This document shows, piece by piece, positions 38,121 to 47,500 of a stretch of 64,000 nt of DNA. Under the pieces are notes generated by a model. That model worked only from the letters and a program-made list of their open reading frames with translations, did not search any database and was not told the DNA's origin. Position 1 is the stretch's first letter, and every line of letters begins with the position of its first letter. The DNA lies in contig JBGSMD010000046.1 of NCBI GenBank assembly GCA_041740355.1, forward strand, positions 64,001-128,000, given 5' to 3'. A program made the translations under genes and the position numbers. The stretch comes from Bdellovibrionota bacterium. GTDB taxonomy: Bacteria > Bdellovibrionota_C > UBA2361 > CALJRW01.

Positions 38121-39275
38121 TTGTTCTCAATCTATATCCACATTCCTTTTTGCAGTTATAAGTGTCCTTACTGTGACTTTAACACCTATGCACTCAGTCG
38201 TGTGCCAGAGCAGGAGTATCTGCAAGCCTTATTAAAAGAAATGGATCAGGGGTTAAGGTCAGAAAAACTTAAAGGTAAAAAGGTAACGAGTATTTATTTT
38301 GGTGGTGGAACTCCGGGCATCTTTTCAGGAGAGTCAATCACCTCAGTTCTTAGTCTGATTAGAAAATATTTTCCAATTGAATCAAATCTTGAAATTACAA
38401 TTGAGGCTAATCCTAAAGAAATTCAACAGGAAAAGTTACAAGATTATTTCAAAGCTGGTATTAACCGTTTAAGCCTTGGCGCACAGTCATTAAATAATCA
38501 GACCCTAATTGCCTTAGGCCGAAAGCATCAAACAAGTGACATCTTACAAGCCCTGGAATTTGCGAAGCAGGCAGGCTTTCAAAATTATAGTTTAGATTTA
38601 ATGTTTGCTGCGCCAAATCAAAGCTGTAATGATTTAGAAAAAGATCTGAGTGATTATTTAGAACTAAATCTTCCCCATATTTCATGTTACGAATTAACAA
38701 TTGAAAAGGGCACTCCGTTTTTTACTGCTAATGAACGTGGAAACCTAAAGATCGTGGACGAGGATCAGAAGTTGCAAATGTTTCAATTAATTAGAGAGCG
38801 ATTTAAAGAAGCTGGTTACCATCACTATGAGATTAGTAATTTTGGAAAACCTGGAATGGAATCTGTGCATAATCAAAACTATTGGCAGAATAATTCCTAT
38901 TTAGGGTTTGGTGCTGGGGCACATGGCTGTTGGAGGGGTGGCGAAACTTCTGTTCGGTATTCTAACCTTGCTGATTATCAGAGTTATATTGATGCTGTAA
39001 AAAATGACAAGCCAGTTATTGCTTGGCAGGAGGAGCACGACGCCAAAGCTGTAGCCTTTGATTATATTATGCTAGGTTTAAGAACGAGTAGGGGGGTCGA
39101 ATTCTCAAAACTTGCAGAATTAGGTATACTCCGTTCGGAAATTAACTTTCAAAGTTGGCTGAGCAGTTTAATCCAAGATGATTTATTAGAGCTGACTGAA
39201 ATTGGATTTAGATTGACACTTCGAGGTCAAGAAATTGCGGATAGCGTTACTCAGAGTTTTTCCAAATTATTTTAA
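38121..39275 (+). CDS. hemW: Radical SAM heme chaperone HemW
   Basis: YIHIPFC..KCPYCDF, GGGTP, YEISNF, HNQNYW. Confidence 0.92.
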   Translation: MFSIYIHIPFCSYKCPYCDFNTYALSRVPEQEYLQALLKEMDQGLRSEKLKGKKVTSIYFGGGTPGIFSGESITSVLSLIRKYFPIESNLEITIEANPKEIQQEKLQDYFKAGINRLSLGAQSLNNQTLIALGRKHQTSDILQALEFAKQAGFQNYSLDLMFAAPNQSCNDLEKDLSDYLELNLPHISCYELTIEKGTPFFTANERGNLKIVDEDQKLQMFQLIRERFKEAGYHHYEISNFGKPGMESVHNQNYWQNNSYLGFGAGAHGCWRGGETSVRYSNLADYQSYIDAVKNDKPVIAWQEEHDAKAVAFDYIMLGLRTSRGVEFSKLAELGILRSEINFQSWLSSLIQDDLLELTEIGFRLTLRGQEIADSVTQSFSKLF

Positions 39276-39286
39276 ATAGAGCTGAT

Positions 39287-40222
39287 ATGTTTCCAAAGAA
39301 GATCTTATTAATTATCCCTGTATTAATAATTGCGGGCGGCGCTTATTATCTAGCACCGAAGTTTATCGGTAAGCCCCCAACCAAAGAATTCGTTCCAAAA
39401 CATTCACCGGAAGTGAACCATAATTTTCCTGAATTAACAGATTTACGCGGAAAGGTAGAAACAAACCCAGAGGATGTGGTTGTTTTAGAGCAGTTAGCAC
39501 AAACCCTAAAAGGGAAAGTAATAGCTACCCGCGATCGTAATTTAGTTTTTGAATTAATTGATACACTAACAAAGATTTTGAAAGTTGATTCTAAGAATAA
39601 ATTTGCCCTGCTTGAGCTCGCAAATGTTTCCTTTGAAAGCAAGGTCTTTGAGAAAGCAGCGGATTATTACCAGCAGTACTTAAATCTTGCCCCCGATGAT
39701 TTAGAAGTTAGAAGTCGTTATGCCAGTTGCATGATCTTTTTAGACAAGCATGATCTGGGCTTACAAGAATTAGAAACTGTTTTACAAAAAGATCCTAATA
39801 ATTTTTCAGCATTAGCATATAAAGCAATCGCTTTCGCACAAACAAATAAAGTTGCCGAGGCGAAGGAAGTAGGAGCTCTGGCTCTTAAAAATGTTCCGGA
39901 CGAAGAAGGACGAGAGCGTTTTATGGTTTTTTTAAATTCTTTAGATCGTCCAATTTCAGATAATGCTTTACTTGATTATTTACAAACCAACGAAATTACC
40001 GCAAGTAAGTTTCAAACTTTAAAGAAAGATGGCACTAATTTAGTTATTACTTTTAAAGACTTCCCAATGGAGATGATGCCTGAATTTGCTAAGCAAAAAT
40101 TTATTGGAAGCCTGCGGGAGCAAACTGCTAGAGTTGCTGATTATCAGGATGTGGAAACAATTGAGATTTTAGACCAGGCGACTAGTAAGAGTATGCTAAA
40201 AATTGAGCAGCAGGAAAAATAG
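39287..40222 (+). CDS. Membrane-anchored TPR protein
   Basis: N-terminal TM and several TPR-like repeats (AADYYQQYLNLAPDD, LETVLQKDPNN). Confidence 0.75.
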   Translation: MFPKKILLIIPVLIIAGGAYYLAPKFIGKPPTKEFVPKHSPEVNHNFPELTDLRGKVETNPEDVVVLEQLAQTLKGKVIATRDRNLVFELIDTLTKILKVDSKNKFALLELANVSFESKVFEKAADYYQQYLNLAPDDLEVRSRYASCMIFLDKHDLGLQELETVLQKDPNNFSALAYKAIAFAQTNKVAEAKEVGALALKNVPDEEGRERFMVFLNSLDRPISDNALLDYLQTNEITASKFQTLKKDGTNLVITFKDFPMEMMPEFAKQKFIGSLREQTARVADYQDVETIEILDQATSKSMLKIEQQEK

Positions 40223-40409
40223 AGTAGTTCTCTAGTCTAGATATCCACTTTCGGCTTAACTGTATGAAATGCTTGGATAATTATCTCTCTAGGAACTTTC
40301 AAGCTAGTTTCTTATCCTATCAACAGAGGTTACTTTACAGAATTTTCGCTATGCTGCCGATTGTTTAGCAACGGCAAAGATCTTGTAAGAAGTGACTTTA
40401 GTATACTGA

Positions 40410-42896
40410 ATGAAGAAATATCTCTTATTTCTCCTCCTTATCCCCCAACTGCTTTTTGCAGCACCTAATGCTGATATAGTTTTTGTTACTCAAGTTCCTA
40501 ACCCGGATGATTTTGTTACTGTGAATTCGACATTCGGAAATCACATGGCGGGGATTGATCAGATCCGTCGTGGAGGGGATTTGTATATTAGGTATAAAGA
40601 CGGAACATTAAAAAATCTGACTGCGGCTGCTGGGTTCGGAAATGTTGGTTTTCAAGGAGCGAACTCAATCGCGGTTCGAGATCCTGCCGTGCACTGGAAT
40701 GGAGACAAAGTTATTTTTAGTATGGTAATTGGATCGGCTGCTAGCCAGTACCAAGTGAATAGTTACTATTGGCAGATTTATGAAATAACAGGACTTGGGA
40801 AAAACCAAACTCCAGTTGTTACTAAAGTTTCCAATCAGCCAAATGATTTTAACAATGTAATGCCGATTTACGGCAGTGATGATCAGATAATTTTTGTTTC
40901 TGATCGACCAAGAAATGGAGAGCGACATCTTTATCCACAACGTGATGAATACGAATCGGCTCCAACCAATACTGGGATTTGGAAGTTAAATCCAGCTACG
41001 GGCAGTTTATTTATAATGGATCATGCACCTTCCGGAGATTTTCATCCGACCTTAGATAGTTTTGGAAGAATTCTTTTCACACGCTGGGATCACTTGCAAA
41101 GAGATCAGCAAGCAGGTGGCTTAACTGATTATGGCGCCTTTAATTATTCTTCCGAGGCAAGTAATGCCACTAGGATTAATTCGCAGCATGAATTTTTCCC
41201 GGAAGCTAGAAATGAAGCGGAGCGAAATGCTGATGGAACTAGCAATCTAAACCTACATCGATTTAATCATTTTTTCCCGTGGATGATCAATCAAGATGGA
41301 TCGGAGATGGAAACAATTAATCATCTGGGGCGACATGAACTCCATGATTATTTCCCCGAGTCCTTTAATGACGATCCGGAGTTAGAAGATTTTTCGGGAC
41401 AGTCGGAAAGTAGATTTAATTTAAGTCCGATTGAAAACTTTTTTCAGATTAAAGAAGATCCAACTCAACCAGGAAGGTACTATGGAGTTGATTGTCCAGA
41501 GTTCAGTACCCATGCCAGTGGACAAATCGTTAGCTTTGAAGCACCTCCTAGTAAAAATCCAGATTTAATAAGTGTTAATTATGTTACGCATCGTAGCACG
41601 GCGAGTTATACGGATACTCCCTCTGTGGATCATTCTGGGTTATATCGTGATCCTGCTAAACTAACTGACGGAAGTCTAGTTAGTGCACATACCTCCGAAA
41701 CTAGAGAAGACGATAATATTGGTACAGGAAATGCACCAGCATCACGCTATGATTATCGAATTAAATCTTTAGCACTTAGTGGGGGATATTTTAAGCCAGC
41801 AGAAGTTTTAACCGCAGGAATAGCAAAAAATATTTCTTGGTACAGTCCTGATGTGATGACAACTTTTAGCGGTAATCTTTGGGAATTACAGCCAGTAGAA
41901 TTAGTTGCCAGAGCCAAGCCTCCAATGACGCAAACGATTTTGCCTGCTATTGAAGGGCAAGTTTTTGCAGATGAAAATGTTGCCCTAGAAGAATTTCGTA
42001 ACTACCTAATTGATCAAGAGCTGGCATTAATTATTGTTCGTAATGTGACAACTAGAGATAAAGGAGATGAGCAACAGCCGTATAATTTAAAAGTTCCAAA
42101 TGGTGTGCAGACAGTTGCTAATAGTGGTAAGTCCTATGAAGTTAGTGAGATGCAAATTTTTCAGGGTGACCAAATTAGAGGTTATGCCAATAATGACGAA
42201 CCAACTGCAGGTCGACGGGTACTGGCACAACCAATGCGGGATTCAAATTTAGCTAATTTGATTGGGGAGCAAACTGGCAGTGTTAAAATTTCTGCTGATG
42301 GATCCGTCGCGGCAATAGTTCCAGCAAGTCGAGCACTCAGCTGGCATTTAACAGATCAAGATAACAAATCAGTAATTAAAGAACGCTACTGGTTAACTTT
42401 TCGAGCCGGAGAAATTAGAGTTTGTGGTTCATGCCATGGGGTTAATCAATTAGATCAGCAAGGTAATCCACCACCGGAGAATTCACCTGAGGCATTAAGG
42501 GAATTGTTAAGTCGTTGGAAGGGGATTCCTTATACCCCACTTGCAAGATATCAAGTATCAGCACACTCAAAAAGTAAAAAGAAAATTATTGGTAATAAGT
42601 TTCGTGCCGGCCACAGAGCTTTTTTAAATATTCTACCGTTAAACTCTAGTAGTCATAACACTGAGCTAAGTTATCGAGTTACGAGTGGAGAAAAACCTTG
42701 TGCTAAGACACGAAATATTAATGTTGCCGAAGAAGTAAAAAGTTTTGGTAAGTTGATACCAGAAATTACTGGACGATATCCAATAAAATATCAGTTCTTT
42801 CTAGGCGAGCGAAAAGTTGGGGAGATTGACCTTGTACTTAAAGGGCTACGCGGAGCAAAAGAATCTCATCGCCGGATTTGTAAAATCTTGCCTTAA
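40410..42896 (+). CDS. Secreted HzsA-like beta-propeller protein with one c-type heme motif
   Basis: Signal peptide, TolB-like blades (RDPAVHWNGDKVIFS, GRILFTRWDH), DGS..A.VPA...L.W, GEIRVCGSCHG. Confidence 0.7.
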   Translation: MKKYLLFLLLIPQLLFAAPNADIVFVTQVPNPDDFVTVNSTFGNHMAGIDQIRRGGDLYIRYKDGTLKNLTAAAGFGNVGFQGANSIAVRDPAVHWNGDKVIFSMVIGSAASQYQVNSYYWQIYEITGLGKNQTPVVTKVSNQPNDFNNVMPIYGSDDQIIFVSDRPRNGERHLYPQRDEYESAPTNTGIWKLNPATGSLFIMDHAPSGDFHPTLDSFGRILFTRWDHLQRDQQAGGLTDYGAFNYSSEASNATRINSQHEFFPEARNEAERNADGTSNLNLHRFNHFFPWMINQDGSEMETINHLGRHELHDYFPESFNDDPELEDFSGQSESRFNLSPIENFFQIKEDPTQPGRYYGVDCPEFSTHASGQIVSFEAPPSKNPDLISVNYVTHRSTASYTDTPSVDHSGLYRDPAKLTDGSLVSAHTSETREDDNIGTGNAPASRYDYRIKSLALSGGYFKPAEVLTAGIAKNISWYSPDVMTTFSGNLWELQPVELVARAKPPMTQTILPAIEGQVFADENVALEEFRNYLIDQELALIIVRNVTTRDKGDEQQPYNLKVPNGVQTVANSGKSYEVSEMQIFQGDQIRGYANNDEPTAGRRVLAQPMRDSNLANLIGEQTGSVKISADGSVAAIVPASRALSWHLTDQDNKSVIKERYWLTFRAGEIRVCGSCHGVNQLDQQGNPPPENSPEALRELLSRWKGIPYTPLARYQVSAHSKSKKKIIGNKFRAGHRAFLNILPLNSSSHNTELSYRVTSGEKPCAKTRNINVAEEVKSFGKLIPEITGRYPIKYQFFLGERKVGEIDLVLKGLRGAKESHRRICKILP

Positions 42897-42897
42897 A

Positions 42898-44019
42898 TTA
42901 CTTTTTTAAACTTAGGAATTGAATTTCATTTTGCTCATAAAGTTCATGTAGACTTCCGTGCTCTTTTAGAAAATTGATCGTGCTATTCAAGCGCTTTAAG
43001 AAATCTGGCCAGTCCGGGCGGACAGCAATTGAAAGGTCATAACCGGAGGGAAGAGTCTTCTCGGCAAATAATAATTTTACCGAAGCTGGAAAATCACTTT
43101 TAATTGAACTAGCAGTAAGCAAATCACAGAAGGCGAAGTGGGCTGATCTTTTTAAGCCATTGAGCGTTACTCTTTCCACGATTTCCTCAGTATTGTCGCA
43201 GATAATAATATTTTCTGGAAGAATACTCAGAATGTTACGCACAAAATCATGGCTGCAACTCTCCGCAAGTACAGCAATCTTGTAGGGATTTTTTTTAATA
43301 TCCTTTAGGTTTAAAGGTTCGGGTAGTTCTTCGATAAATTTACTTGGTGCTGTTCTCCAGAAAACACTCATAGGTGAATATCCTAATGGTTCTGAGAAAA
43401 CGTACTCTCCAATTCTTGTTGCAGTAATATATAAAGGTCCATAAATATCTATTCTTCCTGCCTTTAACATCTCTAGTGCTTGCCGGTGATCTACTGGTAC
43501 GAACTCTAAGTTGGCGTGCATGCTAATTGTGATTAGCTTGAATAAATCCTGAAAAACAGGCTCCTTAGCTTTATTCTGAAAACCACTTTGAAGGGAGTTA
43601 ATCCCAATTCGTAAAGGCATGTTGGGATTAAATTCTGGTAATCCTTGTGGGCGAATTTCGTCGCGAACAATTTCTCTAATTGCGCCTTGAAAACCACTCA
43701 TGTCAATTTTGAAATTTATAAAACCGGGAGCTTCATCTTGGCTATCTTTAAGTTTAATATTTGGACGGTAAGGCCAGGGGGAGGGCATCTCCGCTAGTTT
43801 TAAAATCTCGGCTGGCTTTGATAACTTAAAATTAAAAGCGAGAAGGAGTAGTACCGGGAGTCCTGGGATGCGGCCATAGTTTTTAACTTGCCCAAGATAG
43901 GAAGAAGTCACTCCACAACGGTCTGCTAAATCCCGAAGATTTAGGTTATTTTCCATTGACCAGAGTTCAAACTGTTCGTTAAAGAAGGATTTAAAGGCCT
44001 TAGAGCGTTTTTCTGCCAT
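42898..44019 (-). CDS. XRE-type HTH regulator fused to a solute-binding-protein-like (family 3) domain
   Basis: LRDLADRCGVTSSYLGQV HTH; C-terminal LRIG, LKAGRIDI, FSEP, LNSTINFLKEHGSLHELY; no signal peptide. Confidence 0.75.
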   Translation of the reverse strand: MAEKRSKAFKSFFNEQFELWSMENNLNLRDLADRCGVTSSYLGQVKNYGRIPGLPVLLLLAFNFKLSKPAEILKLAEMPSPWPYRPNIKLKDSQDEAPGFINFKIDMSGFQGAIREIVRDEIRPQGLPEFNPNMPLRIGINSLQSGFQNKAKEPVFQDLFKLITISMHANLEFVPVDHRQALEMLKAGRIDIYGPLYITATRIGEYVFSEPLGYSPMSVFWRTAPSKFIEELPEPLNLKDIKKNPYKIAVLAESCSHDFVRNILSILPENIIICDNTEEIVERVTLNGLKRSAHFAFCDLLTASSIKSDFPASVKLLFAEKTLPSGYDLSIAVRPDWPDFLKRLNSTINFLKEHGSLHELYEQNEIQFLSLKK

Positions 44020-44085
44020 AAACTTTGTAATAAAAATTGCAACTAAGATTCACATTTAATGAAAATGTAGTCCATAAATATTCAC

Positions 44086-44175
44086 AAAGTCATACTTTAT
44101 CATAGAAATTCAAATTATATAAGTATTTATTAGCATTTGGATTGATAAAGTTCATTTTTGATAAAAAGTGACATT
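44086..44175. promoter_or_regulatory. Three related TGATAAA-containing operator-like sites
   Basis: TGATAAAGTATGACTTT (44086-44102, -), TGATAAAGTTCATTTTT (44143-44159, +), TGATAAAAAGTGACATT (44159-44175, +). Confidence 0.4.
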
Positions 44176-44240
44176 ACACATAGTTAGGATTAGCGACCAT
44201 ATCTCTTTGTAGCAGATAATCATTTTTACATGGAGTCGAT

Positions 44241-45026
44241 ATGGAAGTAATAGAAGTAAAAGAAGAAAAGCAAACAAAAGTAGTCAGGGAAGTAGCAAGC
44301 TTAGACTTTCAGTCTAGTAAGCTAATTGCTATGGGTTTAAGAGAGGCCTTTTTCGCCAAGCATTCGATCGAGTTACAACCAGCACTGGAATTACTAAGAA
44401 GTTTACCGGAAACTAAGACATTTCATAATTTGGATCATACCCACACGGTAGTTGAATCAATCATGATTCTTTGGGCCAAGGAGCACAATGTAGCCTTAAA
44501 GGATATTTTAAAAACTGAAAATAAGACTCTTTGTGAGTTATTACTCGCCGGTGTTTATCATGATACTGGACACTTAGAAGGTGCTAAAGATCACGAGTTA
44601 CGAGGTGTAACTTTTATGAAAGCAAACCTTGCTAAGTTTTATGATGATTCAACTCTAGAAAATATTGCGGGAAGAATCATGGCAACTCGGATGGAATTAA
44701 CTCCGGAAGGGAAGTTTTGCCAAGTCCCAGCTAGAGATAAATATGACGCAATCATTCAGGATGCGGATTTGTCTAATCTTGGGGGGGTCAATTTTAAAAA
44801 ACAATACGAGGTAAGTTCTGGGTTGTTCCAAGAGATTATTGGGACCATTGATGGTGTTAAGTACTATAACTCCGCCGCGTTTATCGATGAACAGATAAAA
44901 TTTTTCGCTGATCATGAGTATCGCACGGAATCTGGGAAAAAACTTTTAAATGATGGTAAGGCCAAAAATTTGGCAGGTTTAGAATTAGTAAGCTTAAGAA
45001 ACATGCTAACGCTAGCTACGATCTAA
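44241..45026 (+). CDS. HD-domain phosphohydrolase
   Basis: FHNLDHT, YHDTGH, HE, DADL; GGAG RBS. Confidence 0.8.
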   Translation: MEVIEVKEEKQTKVVREVASLDFQSSKLIAMGLREAFFAKHSIELQPALELLRSLPETKTFHNLDHTHTVVESIMILWAKEHNVALKDILKTENKTLCELLLAGVYHDTGHLEGAKDHELRGVTFMKANLAKFYDDSTLENIAGRIMATRMELTPEGKFCQVPARDKYDAIIQDADLSNLGGVNFKKQYEVSSGLFQEIIGTIDGVKYYNSAAFIDEQIKFFADHEYRTESGKKLLNDGKAKNLAGLELVSLRNMLTLATI

Positions 45027-45312
45027 AAAATTTTCAGCTGAGGAGTTAAGGTTGATAGTTAATTAGACCTAGTGGGCGATTTTGAATACTTTGCTAAGAA
45101 CTCAATTAAAAAAAGGTATTTGGAATAGCTTGAGTCGTCTTCACAGTTAATGATCAACAAGCTAAGCATTACTTATCTAGTTTTAACGGCTCAAATCTGA
45201 AAGATTAGAATTTGTGCTCGTCGTAAATGCGGTATTCTTTTGAAATACTTATTCAAATTTACTATATCATCATGAACTGCTAGAAGTTGAGCACTCTTTT
45301 AGTTAGCCAATC

Positions 45313-46893
45313 ATGAAAATAAGTGAACAAATTGCCCGGCGCAGAACCTTTGCGATTATTTCGCACCCTGATGCTGGTAAGACAACACTAACAGAAAAAT
45401 TTCTACTATATGGCGGAGCCGTGCAGCTTGCTGGATCCGTTTCAGCAAAAAAGAATCAACGAGCTACAGCTTCTGACTGGATGGAGTTAGAAAAGAAACG
45501 TGGTATTTCGATTAGCTCTACGGTCTTGCAATTTGAGTATCGTGGATATGCCGTAAATTTATTAGATACTCCGGGACACAAAGATTTCTCTGAAGATACT
45601 TATCGCGTGCTAACAGCAGTGGATGCTGTAATCATGGTGATTGATGCCGGTAAGGGGATTGAAAATCAAACTCGTAAATTATTTGAAATATGTCGTCGGC
45701 GACAAATTCCGATTTTCACTTTTATGAATAAGTTAGATCGTCCCGCTAAAGATCCATTGGAATTGATGGATGAGTTAGAAAGCGTTTTAGGTATTAGTGC
45801 CTACGCTGTTAATTGGCCATTAGGAACAGGGAATGATTTTCGCGGAGTTTATGATCGGATGCGCGGGCAATTTCATTTATTTGAAAGAGTTGCAGGTGGG
45901 TCATACCGAGCACCAGAAGCAGTCGCGGATATTAGCGATCCGATAGTTCGCAAGCATTTAGCTCCAGATGTTTACGAAAGAGTAGTAGAAGAGTTAGAAG
46001 TGTTAGAAGGTGCTGGAGCCAGCTTTGATCATCAAGAAGTCTTAACAGGAAAACTTACTCCAGTATTTTTTGGAAGTGCCATTAATAATTTTGGGATTCA
46101 GTTTTTATTAGATCAGTTTCTTGATTATGCTGCCGAACCAAGAGCGAGAGAAGGTATTAATGGATTAGTACCAACAGATCATTCAAGTTTTTCAGGATTT
46201 GTTTTTAAAATTCAGGCAAACATGGATCCAAAGCATCGCGACCGAATTGCATTTATACGTGTTTGTTCAGGTGAGTTTTCTAGAGATATGAGTGTAACTC
46301 ATACCAGAACTGGTAAAAGTTTAAGGCTTTCCAGTTCTCATAAACTCTTTGGTCAAGACCGAGAAACTGTAGAAGAAGCTTTTGCCGGAGATATCATTGG
46401 TGTAATTGGCCATTCTGACTTAAGAATTGGAGATACTGTTACACAAGATCCGACAATTTCCTATCAGGAAATTCCTAGATTTGCCCCTGAGTATTTTGCC
46501 TATCTGCATAATAACCAAACTGCTCAGTTTAAAAGATTTCATTTAGGCTTTGAACAATTACTACAGGAGGGTGTAGTGCAAGCACTCTATCTTCATGGTG
46601 GACAGCGGGAACCGATCCTTGCGGCGGTAGGACCACTGCAGTTTGAAGTTGTGCAGTATCGTTTGGAAAGTGAGTATGGCGCCGTCACTAGAATTGAAAT
46701 GACTAACTGGAATAGTATTCGTTGGTTACCGAAAGAGTATGCTGATAAAATTAGTACTTTGAAAATTCCAATGGAAAGTGTTTTAGCAAAAGATGTTGAC
46801 GGAAATAATGTAATTCTTTTTCCAGGCGATTGGGCGGAGAGATTATTTACATCGCAAAATGTTGATGTCGTTTTATCTAAAGATCCACTCTAA
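45313..46893 (+). CDS. prfC: Peptide chain release factor 3
   Basis: RRRTFAIISHPDAGKTT, SDWM..EK.RGIS, DTPGH, NKLD, FKIQANMDPKHRDR. Confidence 0.97.
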   Translation: MKISEQIARRRTFAIISHPDAGKTTLTEKFLLYGGAVQLAGSVSAKKNQRATASDWMELEKKRGISISSTVLQFEYRGYAVNLLDTPGHKDFSEDTYRVLTAVDAVIMVIDAGKGIENQTRKLFEICRRRQIPIFTFMNKLDRPAKDPLELMDELESVLGISAYAVNWPLGTGNDFRGVYDRMRGQFHLFERVAGGSYRAPEAVADISDPIVRKHLAPDVYERVVEELEVLEGAGASFDHQEVLTGKLTPVFFGSAINNFGIQFLLDQFLDYAAEPRAREGINGLVPTDHSSFSGFVFKIQANMDPKHRDRIAFIRVCSGEFSRDMSVTHTRTGKSLRLSSSHKLFGQDRETVEEAFAGDIIGVIGHSDLRIGDTVTQDPTISYQEIPRFAPEYFAYLHNNQTAQFKRFHLGFEQLLQEGVVQALYLHGGQREPILAAVGPLQFEVVQYRLESEYGAVTRIEMTNWNSIRWLPKEYADKISTLKIPMESVLAKDVDGNNVILFPGDWAERLFTSQNVDVVLSKDPL

Positions 46894-47264
46894 CTCAAAA
46901 TTTTTGCCTCAATAGCGGCATATAACACGGAAACAATTGCAAAACTTTTTATCTCATGTCCTTTCTTAAGTATTTTAGCAGTCAGGCAATAGTTTGCTAG
47001 TGATTCTTGATTTCTAGTTAAGGTGAATTGGGCATCACGTTTGTTCAGTACAAAGCCTTCTAACTGATTGCTATCTGGAAATGCTTCATTCTCTTCATTA
47101 GGAATTACTCTCCACCTCAAATCTTTTCGTGGAAGTGAGTTTAATACTTCTTGCACTATATGTTTTTGATCTCTGGTTAAACCGACAGCGAAATCAGAGC
47201 TTGCTTTAAACCGACTAATTGCTTCTGGATGTCGAAAAAGATTTTTGGTTTCTTGTGCTTCCAT
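46890..47264 (-). CDS. Hypothetical protein
   Basis: 124 aa ATG ORF convergent on prfC. Confidence 0.55.
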   Translation of the reverse strand: MEAQETKNLFRHPEAISRFKASSDFAVGLTRDQKHIVQEVLNSLPRKDLRWRVIPNEENEAFPDSNQLEGFVLNKRDAQFTLTRNQESLANYCLTAKILKKGHEIKSFAIVSVLYAAIEAKILS

Positions 47265-47500
47265 TACTATGTAATTTCTAAAAGTCCCCTCAGGTAACTT
47301 ATAAGTTATGAAGTTTAATGGAGTAATGTGACTAGGCTAATCTTTAACTAGTTGAATATACAGAAAATTATTGTAATACTTAGTAATGAAAAATATTCAC
47401 TTTAAAAGTGAAACCTGCAATTTGTAGTTAATTAAAAGTAGCAAAATATTAGATGAGGAGAAGTAGTTGTTTAGCCTAAAAAATCTGTTACTTTTAATTT

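Noticed and set aside
40219-40300. Possible further degenerate ATAG-type palindrome after the TPR gene
   Set aside because: Arms pair only partially and the right terminus is missing; cannot be supported by eye
40410-42896. Anammox hydrazine synthase
   Set aside because: No beta/gamma subunits or other anammox genes, and only one heme motif
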